A stretch of 64,000 nucleotides of DNA from Isurus oxyrinchus (taxonomy: Eukaryota). Location of the stretch: contig JANJGN010000064.1 of the NCBI GenBank assembly GCA_026770705.1, forward strand, positions 558,001-622,000, given 5' to 3'. The notes beneath the pieces were generated by a model. That model searched no databases and was not told the DNA's origin. It saw only the letters and a list, made by a program, of their open reading frames with translations. The translations under genes and the position numbers were made by a program. Positions 24,756 through 36,490 of this stretch are shown here, in pieces. Each line of letters begins with the position of its first letter. Position 1 is the stretch's first letter.

Positions 24756-26189
24756 ATAGTGAACTCATGTAAATGATTTAGGTTCTTGTCGTCAGAGTGC
24801 AGCACAAACAATGATCATTGCACTGTTACAGAGGCAGATATTAATAGCTGCAATAAACAAAGAACCCTTTTATTCAATCCTTTTCATTGTGAATTGACTG
24901 ATTTCTGAGACATTCAAATATTACTCTTGGAGAGTTAAAGAAGGAGCTGAGGACCGCTCAGCAACCTGCTGATCTGCAGCTGGGTGCTGCTGCTGACCGT
25001 GCTGCAGGAGCGAGCGCACAGAAGGTGAATAAAGACCAAGGGCAGTGTGCACCCTCCCACTGCTGGACTCCAAGGCAATGGGGTGGCTCAGCACAGAAAA
25101 AAGGGAAAGTAGTGTCATTCACCTGGGCCTAGGTTGTAGACTAGCCGACAGAAGTGTGCAGGGTTAGTGGCCAAGCTGGAGGATGATCAGGAGGAGGAAC
25201 GACCTACCAACAGGACGGTGTGAACCTCCACCAGTGGCACCAAGCAGTGGTCGGCATTGGTGAAACTGCCACTCTCTACAGTGACAGCGGAAAGGAGCCA
25301 AGTGAGGCAGCCAGAGGGAAGGACGAATGGCAGCATGAGGCAGAGTCTCAACGTTTAGCCCCCAGTCAGAATGACAACAGCCACATCAGGCCAATCAGAG
25401 CCCCTCACCAGCTGCTTTCAAAGTCACATGCTGCTGAGCTTCCTTTGGTAACAGCTGAACTTACATGGGTGGGTAATGCACATGCACAGTCCAGCATCGC
25501 AGATCCAACACCACTTTATCCATCTCCATAAATATCAATGGTCAGACAGCGAGTATGACAGGCTGAAATAGAAGCCCAGAGGCAGGAGAATGGTATCCTG
25601 TGTGCAGAGTACCATAGACCGCGGGCTCAATTTAACAGCTGGACCAAGGCACTAGCATGTCCTCTGTGTGACAAGCTGGGTAAGAATTCCCTGTTCCATG
25701 CTGCACTCCACAAATCAGCAGCTTCCTCTACAGTCAGTGATTGCCGGGTCCCTGCACATTATGATGAATTGTTTGAGGCACCTGAAAACAGAGTTCTGTG
25801 AATAGAGATCCTGCAATTGAATGTAATGAAATTCACGTGGATCATCCCCACGTGGCCCCCGCCCTTCTGCCTCTCCACAGCTTCTGAATCTATAGCCCTT
25901 GGATTCCTCTGGAGAGCAAGATAAAGCAACCAGCGACTTTCCCCTTTCCATTGAAGCTGTGAATCCTGGAAAGCTCATGCGGGAGATTTTTGGTCCCTTT
26001 GGTCCCAGTGGCAATTGACAGCAGGCGTGAAGATGAAAAGTCGGTGAGTGCTTGTGGAACCCTCCCAACAATATGTGAATTTAGGTCAAACTGAGAGATC
26101 ACATCATGTTCTCACCCTTGACTTTGCCAAGAATATACTCACAAGCAATTGATCAGAGACAATGGTACCTACATCAATTGACTGGCCTT

Positions 26190-26500
26190 TTTCTCTGGTG
26201 ATGTCACTGGATTAGTAATCCAGAGAGGCTAGTGCTCAGGGGACATAGGTTCAAATCCAACTATGGCAGCTGATCGAATTTCAAATCAGTTGAGACATTC
26301 TGGGATATAAAACTAATTTAAATAATGCTGGCCAACATTAGAGTATCGTCGGTTGTTGTAAAAAAAAGCCGGTTCATAAATGTCCCGTACGGAAGGAAAT
26401 CTGCTGTCCTTGCCCAGCCTGGTCTGCAGAAATGTGGTTGACACTTAACCATTCTCAAGGGATGGGGATGCCGGCCTTGTCAGGGATGTTACATTGGAGA
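26190..26500 (+). mobile_element. tRNA-derived SINE of the shark type (SacSINE1-like); a related tail at ~42600-42760
   Basis: gtcactggattagtaatccagag..ggttcaaatcc (B-box-like), followed by ggttca..aatgtcc...ggaaggaaatctgctgtcctt. Confidence 0.6.
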
Positions 26501-27510
26501 GAATGAAGAAAGTCCTTGCTCTATCGCTCTGTAAGGCACATAGTGGTCTGCCTAGCTCAGCCTCGACGGTTTGAGTGATTCTTGTCACCAGGTTGGGAAA
26601 TTAAATGAGAAATCGCAGCGATCACGCTTTGACTCGCTCTTTACGATGGTTCAGTGTCCATCATTGAAACATTTTTAATAATATTTTTCAAAGCGACCAG
26701 CAGTTATTCCGAGCATTATGCCAACCTCAGGGGGTAACTGCCAATCAACCACCCATTAATGCCGAAATTACATAGATGCAGAGCCGCATTTTCACACAAA
26801 GAATACCTCCTGGAGGCAGGATTGAAGAATGGGAGTGGGAATGAAGATTTGAGGCAAGTACAATTCACTCAGGACATGAAAGCACATTGTCTAGTTTTCA
26901 CATCCTATCGTGTTTTAGCAGCAACACGCATTTGCAGCCATCAGACTATCAGGATCTCAAATTAATTCCCTAACTTTCAGAAACCTGGGCAAGAGAAAGT
27001 GAAAGTGCAACATCGTCAAATATTTTTTGTTGCACCGGAAAAATTGGAGACTCTGAAATATTTAGAAAAGAGAAATCTGGTTATAAGCCGCCTGGTGCAT
27101 GCACTCTTCACTAGTGATGTCCTTCTGAACTCAAGCTGCAGGGGCACAGCTTCTACAGCAGACGGGAGGAAGCCTTTACCCTTAAAGGTCATTGAGACAG
27201 TCAACGGTGAGTGCACATATAAACAGTAGCCAGGCATTTATAAAGAAAGTAAATGTATTGCATGTAATTCCCAGGAGCTGCTGGATGGTGAACGAAACAT
27301 TCGGTCTGGGACCAAATGTTTTTGTAAAAGAGCGTCTCTCTTGTGATTTTAATAAGCGAATGCGTTTCCTTCTCGGAGTTCATGAGACAGCACCATCGAC
27401 AGGATGGAGAACCAGTGACGGGAGAGACAGAGCTGAACCGAATAATAAACAGCTGCTGCACAAATGCAAGACGGCGGCCCAGCAGGAGGCTGGACGCAAT
27501 AAGAGTGGGA

Positions 27511-27627
27511 TAAAAACAAAAAAACTGCGGATGCTGGAAATCCAAAACAAAAACAGAATTACATGGAAAAACTCAGCAGGTCTGCCATACCTGCTGAGTT
27601 TTTCCAGGTAATTCTGTTTTTGTTTTA
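27511..27627. mobile_element. Penelope-terminus-derived hairpin insertion with target-site duplication
   Basis: 38-bp inverted arms at 27544-27581 and 27589-27626 (1 mismatch) with a 7-nt loop. Flanking direct repeats are caataagagtggga (27497-27510) and caatgagagtgggg (27628-27641). The same ctgctgag..ttccagca terminus recurs, decayed, at ~1620, 20690, 47430, 51480, 52430 and 54480. Confidence 0.7.
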
Positions 27628-28326
27628 CAATGAGAGTGGGGATCTCCCAGTCACTGCAGGGTGAACATCTATATATTCACCTTCCATTTTAATATTTGGG
27701 TATTTTTCCCTCATTGTGTTCCTGGTCAGGAAATGATTCAAGAGGAAATATAAATCCCTATCCGTTTAAAAAGTCCCAAATTGGGGTCAGAAGAAGTGTT
27801 ATTTTGACAGGAATTGATACAAAACAGATAACCTGAATTGATGACATTTCATTGTCTCCGAACTCTCCTAGACTTTCACTGCAGGTGCAGGATTCACGTT
27901 TTTTCGTCACTCATGTGCATTATTGAGCACAGGCGTGTGCCGCGTATTCACTGACAATTGCCATATTGGCAATATAACTGAAGGTTTGGTGTGAGTATTA
28001 CAGCCGCGGATCTCACTGGCAGTCAGATTTTCCCATTGGTAAATCGAGTCACTACACAACAGAGGAATCTTTCACGATATGAACGTGCTAATCGGAGGAC
28101 AATTCAATTTCTTTCATTCAACACATCTATCAATTTGTGGGTTATTACGCATCATAAGGTTCCTAATAGCAATTAAAGAACAGCAAGTTCAATCAGATAA
28201 GATATCCGGTCATCCTTCTAGTCTCTGAAAAAACTGAATGAAGCCCGCAACCTCTCCATTCCCACATTCAGCATTTTCCTCTGTTACTAAAGTTAGCCCC
28301 AGGCCCGTATTATGAAATCAGTTAGT

Positions 28327-28398
28327 TCCTCGTTAGTGTAGTGGTTAGTATCCCCGCCTGTCATGCGGGAGACCGGGGTTCAATTCCCCGAGGAGGAG
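28327..28398 (+). tRNA. tRNA-Asp(GTC), possibly early pseudogene
   Basis: TCCTCGTTAGTGTAGTGGTTAGTATCCCCGCCTGTCATGCGGGAGACCGGGGTTCAATTCCCCGAGGAGGAG, 72 nt, with A and B boxes. There is a G:G mismatch at acceptor pair 6. TTTT lies about 13 nt downstream. Confidence 0.85.
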
Positions 28399-30219
28399 TG
28401 TATTTGTTACTTTTAAAGTAGAAAACACACGAAATTGGAAATGTACTTTAAAATTCAGATGTAGGAGACAGTGCAGATAAATATTTCGCATCAGCGACAG
28501 GGAGATTCAGGAAATGCGGCTGTTTTCAGAGATCCGGAATATGGGAGTTCCTTGATAGGAACGGCCCTTCACACCAAGTCAGCCGACAGTTCCGTATGTG
28601 TCCGAACACCGATGCTGTCTCTTTCATTTAACTGGGCTAAATCGGAATTTCCGTGAAATCAGTGAATTGTACCTTGAAACTAGGACAGCTCGCTGAAAGA
28701 AGGTATTTTCAAACCGAGAACAACCGGCCACACTCGATTTAGTAATGACTAACGAAGCAGAATTCATTAATAATTTGACATTAAACGCACATCTGGTAAA
28801 GCGTGACTGTAACATCACACAGTAATTTACATTGTAATCTCTGCCACCATTTTGTTCAGCTTGAAAATTTATTTTTTCCCTTTATTTCCTTTGGTTTCGG
28901 ACAGCAGCTATTCAGGATCCTGCCTTTCATCCCCGGCCCCCTCGTAATTTTTAGCTTCTCATCCCATTACCTCTCCCTCAGTGAACACGATGATTGTCCT
29001 AAATCCAGCCCTATTTACTGCTCTCTGCACTATCAGCAGCTCCTTGGCACAGAGATAATTTTTCTTTTTGATTTTTCATTGAGTAAAATTTGAAAGATGG
29101 TGAACGCCATTCATATTCCTTTCTCTTCCTCCTCGCCAATCTTTCCGTTTTCTTTCTCTGTACCTCTGTTTGCCTCTGGAACTCACTCCTAACCCTCTTC
29201 AATTCCCGACGCAACTCAGTGCCTACATTTAACCCACTGACGGTTGCTTTACGGAGGTCCTTCCCCACGATTGCAGAAAGGATTCGATACATTTTTTTTT
29301 TGTAACTTTGAATAGGTAAGATCAGCCCAAACCTATTCCCGCTGACCGGGAACCTAGGACTCAGCGCCACCGTAAAAGAATTAAAGCCAGAGATTTTACC
29401 GCGTTAATTAGAAAAAGAATTATACACACAAAGTGTGCTGGAACTCATGTACATGGCAACCTATCTGCGTGAAACGAACACAAGACAAATTGCAGGACTC
29501 CAACCTCCAATCTTTTGATAACCTTGCACGACACATGGAAGTAAAACGCCTCATCCAATAGGCCATACGACCATAACAGCAACAATGCAACAGATATCAT
29601 GTCTTTTTCAGTATCATTCAGGAACCTGAATCAGAAGGTAGACAGCGCACATTGCCCACGTGTCTGATCCTCTACTGAATCTGAGTTGTGATAGTTTCCA
29701 CGACCTTTGCTTGTTATTGTGTTTTCTGAACACTGAACCACAATGAACTTACCGGGATCCGGATACTGGAGTTACTGACAGCTGGGAGACCGAGTCCTCA
29801 CTAAACTACCGGTAGAGGGAGAGTCAGGAACAGAACAACTGTGACATTCCGCTCTGTTCACTGACTCTTCATCCCTCCCGGTGAATCCAGTGCCAAGAGA
29901 GATTGATATGAATGGTGCATGACAGGAACTACCTGCAGGGAATGATCCCAATTGGGCCACTTAAAGGGGCAAATTTCAGCTTTCAAGGCTCTCACTGCTT
30001 GGCCACAGTCTGGGACATTTTGTTCAGCTTCTGATTGCAGTGAAATGTGAAAAGTCCCGCAGTGACATAATGTTTCAGAGATACAGGTACAATAACAATC
30101 CTAATATTGAACAATAATGGCTGACACTGTATCCATTTTACCCCTAACGTCTCTGATAAAACTGCATGATATTAGACAGACTGACAGGCTGTTATCAGAT
30201 GAACACACTGTATATGGAC

Positions 30220-30390
30220 ATCCTAAACATCGGCCAACTGCGACCCTGCCTCAGCTCATCTGCTGCTGAAACCCTCATCCATGCCTTTGTTCAATCTCGG
30301 CTTGACTATTTCAGTGTTCACCTGGCCGGCCTCTCATCTTCTACCCCATATATACCTAAGCTTATCCAAAATTTTGCGGCCTGGAACTTC
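30220..30390 (+). mobile_element. L2 LINE fragment
   Basis: LRPCLSSSAAETLIHAFVQSRLDY is the characteristic L2 ORF2 C-terminal motif. Confidence 0.75.
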
Positions 30391-31249
30391 ACCTGAATAC
30401 ATGCGAAAAGTCCGCTACCCCGGAAGACGATGGAAACAAAATCCGCGCCAAGGCGGGAATCCTAGTGAACATTGTTAATGATCAGTTTGTTGATCACCCG
30501 TTTTTGCAGTTTGTTCAGTTGCTGATAAATGAACATTTGTGTTCCTAGGCAACCGAAATGGCAAATTCTCCCCATAGATCAGCACGGAGACCGCTGTTAT
30601 GGGCACTGTAGCAGTTTTTACAGTGACATAGTTTGGTTTAAAATTCTGGTCATATATCGCTGACAGTGACAGTGACAACTGAAGATTGGAAATGGAGCTA
30701 AATTGCGAATCAGAAGTAATGCGGCCACTTCAGTGTCAATTTATGACGGGTGCTTCAGCGCGAAATGACGGAGTGCCTTCTCCGGTTAAAGTTTGAGACT
30801 GCCATAACAATGACAGTGTTGGAGAGGAATGAATGTGTTAGACTTTGCTGAAAGTTTGATAGTCTAATATATGAAGAACATGAGCAGTAGATCTGTTTTT
30901 GCCAGACACCATACTGACAGAGGTACATTTGGAAAGGCCGGAATTTCTTCAGGCGAGAATCATGATTGTCAATAGGTTCTCCGTATGAAAGAGGGAATCG
31001 AGATCAGTAATAGCGACAGCCAGATAAATATCACAGTATGTAGAGGGAATGTTCAGATGTGTTCCGACTGAGAATTATGCGCCATGATTCTTTCCTATCA
31101 TACACACAGACACTTTTTCAAAGCATGAAAACAATATACGCTCAATATCCTTCCAGTAAACTTCTTTGAGACCGTATCAAGGCAGCAGGGGGTAGGGGGT
31201 CACTCGGATTCTGTGCCTGGAATGTTACTGAAGAATGACCCAAGGACCA

Positions 31250-33350
31250 TCGACACTCAGTCCTTGCTGACTGACCGCGCACCAGCTGGAACATTGGAAC
31301 TACCGTATTTGTAAATTGAAAGCTTCAGGTTACCGGCGAGCTGGAAGGGAATGAGTTTTCCCCAGAGCTGCCTCATTGTTCCCATCTTCACAAAGCTGCT
31401 CAGCAACTTCAACGCTCCCCTTCTGAATGTTGAAAATATTCCGCCGAAAGCAAACCTCAAGCTGAAAAACTTCTCGCCATCAACAGGCTGACATCTTATC
31501 CAATCAACATTTTTCTATTTATTTCATGAGATATGGATATGCCTCCACGACCAGTATAAGTTTCTCATCCGAAATTGCCTTGAGAAGGATTGCTACATTG
31601 ACACAGTGAAAGAACTTCAAACATTGAAGTAAAATTAGTTTTGAGATGTTGCCCTGTCCTCAGGTTGATGCAAGTGAAGCTTGCAATTGGAACTGAATTG
31701 CGAATGAGAAGTAAGACGGTCACAGTGTTTACGAATTATGACGGGTTCTTTAGCAAGAAGTGACCGAGTGCCTGTTGAATTTTAAATTTGGTAGTAAAGG
31801 TCGGGGAAGTTGCAAGAGAAGGAAACTGAAATATATTTCCACCTGGCTCTCAGTAAGCGGCTTTAGGCGATTAGAGCAAGTTGCGGAACCAGTAAATGAG
31901 AGAACAAATAACAGGCCGACTGCCCTTGGTGATTTACAAATCCATCCCTGGAACAGTCATATAGAAAAGCTACTAAACCATGGGGAGACCTCCCAGTTAT
32001 TTTGCGTTGGGATTACCCTCTGTTGGGTGTCTTCGTGGCTACATTGTCAGGCAGAGATTGGAATTACGACAAGTTAGACGGGAAAACATTGGTTTCTCAG
32101 CGACCTAGTTTATCCGTTGCTTACACGTAGCTCAGCAATGAAGTAGACGTTCAGCAGTTCAGTATTTTACTTCATTCCGGTCATATTTGAGAATAATTAA
32201 CAACAAACTAGGAGTATATTGCGCTGCTTTTTTAAAAGACATCTCGAAGAAGCAAATGCTTTTTTGGCCTGGACAGCAGCTGACCAACTGTTGAGAAATT
32301 TGGTAATGGATAGACTTTGCTGACAGATGCAGTATTTGCGTGAAATTGTTGCGAAGCGAGTTATTGTTGTCGTGCAGAGGGTTGTTAATAACTTGAATTC
32401 CTTCGAAGTCGAATAAAAGCGGTTGGCCCATACGGGGATCGAACCCGCGACCTTGGCGTTATTAGCACCACGCTCTAACCAGCTGAGCTAACCGGCCACT
32501 TGAAGCATTCCCTCTAGTATCTGGTTTTCAAATTCAACTGGCAGTGAGTGGAGGATTCAGCATTATTCCTTGCTGATTGATTGTGCACAGTCTGGAACTC
32601 CTGTTTGTCCAGTTGAAACTTCAGATTACCAGCGAGCTGTGAGTGTCTGTTTCTCCCAGAGCTGCTGAGTGATCCGACCCTCACAAAGCTGTTCCGTAAC
32701 AGATAACTTCTCCTTCTTGTCAATGATGAAATAATCTGTCCAAAGCAAACCTTCAGCTGCAAAATCTCCCTTCATCAATAGACTGATATCTATGCAATCT
32801 CTTTTCTATTTATTTCTTGCGATGATGGGCATGTCGCGCATGACCAGTGCAAGTTGTTCATTCACAACTACCTTAAGAACGATGCTAAATTTAATAAGAA
32901 TAAGCACTTCAAACACTGAAGTAAAAATAGTGTCGAAATGTTGCCGTATCTCCAGGATGTTGGAATTGAAGCGCGTAGATTTCATGGTAAATGCAAGACG
33001 GTGGCTTAAACGAGAAATTACCGAATGCCTGTAGAAATTTACACTTCGTGCTATCATTCAGGGGAGTTGCAATGTCAGGGAACTGAAATATATTTCCGCC
33101 TGGCCCTTAATCGATGACTTGAGGCGATCAGAGCAAGTTGGGAAAGTGGTAAGTAACAGGCCAACTGCCCGTGTGATTGATGTATTTACCTGATTAACAG
33201 TTATGCAACAGCGCCGCTTCCCAAGTCACAGAGCAACATTGTGGGGTGAGCTCACTCTTGTTTTGACTCGCGTTTACCCTCTTCTGGCTGCCTTCATAAC
33301 GAAGCGTTCGAGATTGGTTGGAATTAGACGGGGGCGGCATTGATTCTGAG
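31250..33350 (+). repeat. ~1.29 kb-period direct duplication flanking tRNA-Ile (31250-32090 and 32545-33350); partial third copy at 30680-30790
   Basis: Anchors: aagcaaacct (31448/32743), acttcaaaca.tgaagtaaaat (31614/32906), aactgaaatatatttcc.cctggc (31824/33081), aacaggcc.actgccc (31910/33155). Confidence 0.8.
32424..32497 (-). tRNA. tRNA-Ile(AAT), apparently intact
   Basis: Reverse complement GGCCGGTTAGCTCAGCTGGTTAGAGCGTGGTGCTAATAACGCCAAGGTCGCGGGTTCGATCCCCGTATGGGCCA, 74 nt, nearly identical to vertebrate tRNA-Ile-AAT. A TTTT terminator lies 5 nt downstream. Confidence 0.96.
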
Positions 33351-33699
33351 CCCAGGAGGTTATGTGTCACCAATCAACGGTGCGCAGTTATAATGCAAAG
33401 TTTTCCAATCCGTTGCACTGTTTTGCTGCAAACATCACTGGGAATTGTTTACCAGGCTGTATGGCGGAGCGAACGGAGAACTTACGTTTTAAAGAGCGCC
33501 CGAGCACCGAAGTGAATCCTGAAAACATCAGCGTTACGGGTGTTTGGGAGATGGATTTGTACCAACCAGATTCCTCTCCTGAAAAAAAGCCACATGCATA
33601 TTTAGCCGTGCTTTTCATGGCACATATTAGCTATTTGGCAATATATATAGGGGGAATCTTCATGAAGTTTTCATGCAACAAGAACAGTGGTTGTGTTTG

Positions 33700-34070
33700 A
33701 TAGTGACGAGGTTTGAAAGCAGGAAGTTATCAATTGAATGGTTAGATGGTCAGAAAAGTGCCAAATGGAATTCAAACCGGGGGAGAGCGATGAAATACAG
33801 CTGGGGAACTCAAATAAGTCGAAGGGAATACACAATTAATGAAGAGAGTATTGGGAGGTATAGAGGAAGTGATGGACATTGGATCGAATCTCTACAGATT
33901 CCGGAATGTTACTTGAAAGGCCAATGAAGTGTTTAAGAAGTCAAGTAGAATCATTTCGCTTATTAGACGAGGCATAACACATACTAGCAGGGAGGTTATG
34001 GAGGTACTTTATCAATTATTAGTTAGGCCACAATTTGAGTACTGTGTGTATTCCTGGTCACATCATGGAA
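33700..34070 (+). mobile_element. CR1 LINE fragment
   Basis: WLDGQKSAKWNS and RGITHTSREVMEVLYQLLVRPQFEYCVYSWS match the CR1 LVRPHLEYCVQFWSP motif. Confidence 0.75.
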
Positions 34071-34516
34071 ATTACCAAATTACAAATCGATGGTGGAGGT
34101 CCGGCATGATGAACGTGGATATCCTGTGGTATCTGCTGCTAAACATGGGAGCCAACGTTAGATAAAACTCGTCATCCCAGATTGAGGAGTGACCCTCATC
34201 AATATTCCACAGCCCGAGCTCTGACCGGAGGGATATATTAACATTTAAGGGATCCACACAATTTCATTTTGAAATCCGCTGAACTGAACAACACAGCAGA
34301 ATCTCCCATGTATCTGTTGCATTTCACAAAATAACAATCCACACCCCTCCTGTTGCCAATGTGCTTGAAAGGAGCGTTATATATCAACATTTAAACCCAA
34401 GCTTCATATGGAGCTATTTAGGAAAATGACGAACTGTCTCACCTAATAAGTAGATTTGAGTGTTTGAAAGAAGAGAGAGTTAGAGGGGCTCAGAGCTTAA
34501 GGGACGGAATTCCTGA

Positions 34517-35350
34517 TGTCACGAACGTACCATAATTCTCATAACATTATTGTGATTTATTGTAAACGTTGGTAATATTCGGATTTGATTAGTTTCTCTG
34601 AGTGTGTGGGGGATGTAATTGAATTGGAGACAGCTTGTCTGGAGGCTATAAATCATCAATGAAGCTAGGTTTTAAATGCTAAATGGGAAAACATGCCTGA
34701 CGTCTTAGAATGTGAGCTGAGCAGAATTTGCAGTTAAATCACAGTAGTTTGAATTTCAATGAGATGGTTGGATGCTACACCTAGCCAGAGAAGGCAAACA
34801 ATCAGCGTGTTTATTTTTTTCGCAAAGGTTCCAGATAATATTAGCACTATGATTAGCAATATGGTTCATATTATGAGAAAGGTAAAGTTCCAAAGACACC
34901 TGGGAACAATGGGGCTCACATTAAAAAGTACAAACATGTATAAAGGAGAACGATGACAGGGAAGGCATTCTAAGGTCGACTGGAAGTGTAAACAGCCTTC
35001 AGCATTTGTGCATTAAGCCTGCTGTGTACACAGACCGAAGCTTGGAATAGCCACTTTGAATACTTCTGACCAGGGTATTGTGTCGACTTGCTGGGTCTGT
35101 TTAAATATATTTATTTTTACTATTTCCTTAACGGGAGTGTAAGTGGAAGCGAGGTTAATTAAGGGTTTTCGGAGTTAATATAGCAGAAATTTGTAAACCT
35201 ATGTTGTGCTTGAAATCCTTTTCCATGTGTTACATGTTCGGTACAAAACATCAGACAATTGCCTGGAACCGTTCATTCCTCACCTTCACGTGTTCAGCTA
35301 TTTTCTAATCTCCCTGTCAACGCAGAAATTAAAGCCGTGATTCATCAAAT
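34517..35350 (+). mobile_element. Probable solo LTR of the Gypsy family seen at 60.5-64 kb
   Basis: Starts tgtcacga and shares the gaatttgca and gaacaatgg blocks with 44265-45175 and 60496-61291. The 3' end is uncertain. Confidence 0.45.
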
Positions 35351-35879
35351 CTTGCAGCTCAGAAGGAGGCCTGTCAGCCAATCTAGTCTGTGCCTGTTTT
35401 TGGAAAGAGATGTCAATTTTGTCCACAATCAAGTTTCCAAGTCACCCTGTAAATTAGTTATTTTTATATTCAGATTGAATCTCATTCCACCGATCTTTCA
35501 GATAGTAAATCAATGCAGCGTGATTGCTGGGAATATATTTTTAAAAATCCTGGAAATCCTCAGCGGTCGGAGGCACCAGTGGAGGTATCAGAGTGAACTA
35601 TGCAGGTCGATGACTTATCATCAGAAATGAAGAAAGATAGAAATATACCAAGTATTAAAAACGTGGAGAGCAGGAAAGGGCAGGATGTACAAAGGTGAAT
35701 GTCTGTGATGGTGGAGGGAAGGGGAGAAAATGTTTCTTCATGCAACATCCACAGAGAGTTGTAATGGTTATGGTAAAGAATCAAAAGGTATGTCCAGATG
35801 GGGTTGTGAATGGCTGCATAGCAACCGCCCAAATGTAATATGAAGGGGCAAAGTTAGAAACGTGACGAAACCAAACCTG

Positions 35880-36490
35880 TTAAACCCAGTAAGAAATAAC
35901 ATGGAGGCAGATGTTATGAAGGTTACATCAACGTAACAACGTCCGAAAAAAAATTTTGCGTTTATGTGCCGATATTAAGAAGCCTGAATGGACCAACATT
36001 ACATTTAGAGGTGTTTACTTAAGGAAGCACTTTGTTTTATTGCAGGTTTAGCAGACCAAGGGAAGAGATTCACTGGTTTATGTTACTGCACGTTATGCAA
36101 GAAAGTGTGAGTAGGGTTAAATGGTGGATCGTTTTAATGATGGTCTGGGGTTGGCAGATACATTTACTTCCCTAAACTTAGTGATTCACACAATTTAAAC
36201 GTTATTCCGAATGAGCTGTATTGCTTTCAAGGGAATAGTATCACACTTTGCCCAAACAAACACCATAATAAATGGATTACACACTGAGAAATCCATCTCT
36301 GTGCCTTTGGAGCTTCCGTTTTCAATTTCTGCAACATAATAGCTCCCTGAATTAAATACACACTTCAAGGCTTTGAAGGTCCATTGCACAGACCAGGATA
36401 ACAATTGTTACGTCAGACTCCACTGGTTAAAATGAATAGTTGATGCAAGTTGGAAGATTTGTGAAATGAAGCCAAAGGGAGGGTGCGTGT
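35880..36490 (-). repeat. Inverted partial copy of the tRNA-Lys repeat unit (matches ~38400-38960)
   Basis: gtgaaatgaagccaaagggagg (36461) is the reverse complement of cctccctttggcttcatttcac (38404). gagaaatccatctctgtgcctttggagcttcc mirrors ggaagctacaaaaggcacagaggtagatttctc. Confidence 0.8.

Larger units (their letters stand above)
20840..26220 (+). repeat. Segmental duplication, copy B; carries the H3.3 retrocopy and lacks the equivalent of 9365-10160
   Basis: Collinear with 8730-13970, with two large indels visible by direct comparison. Confidence 0.9.

Noticed and set aside
29011-29370. Basic, coiled-coil-looking 119-aa ORF
   Set aside because: It overlaps a TE-derived repeat whose paralogues at 15040 and 16050 do not keep the frame.
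29750-29960. Minus-strand segment ending in a consensus gtaagt donor
   Set aside because: The track ORF stops before the donor, and I found no homology or partner exon.
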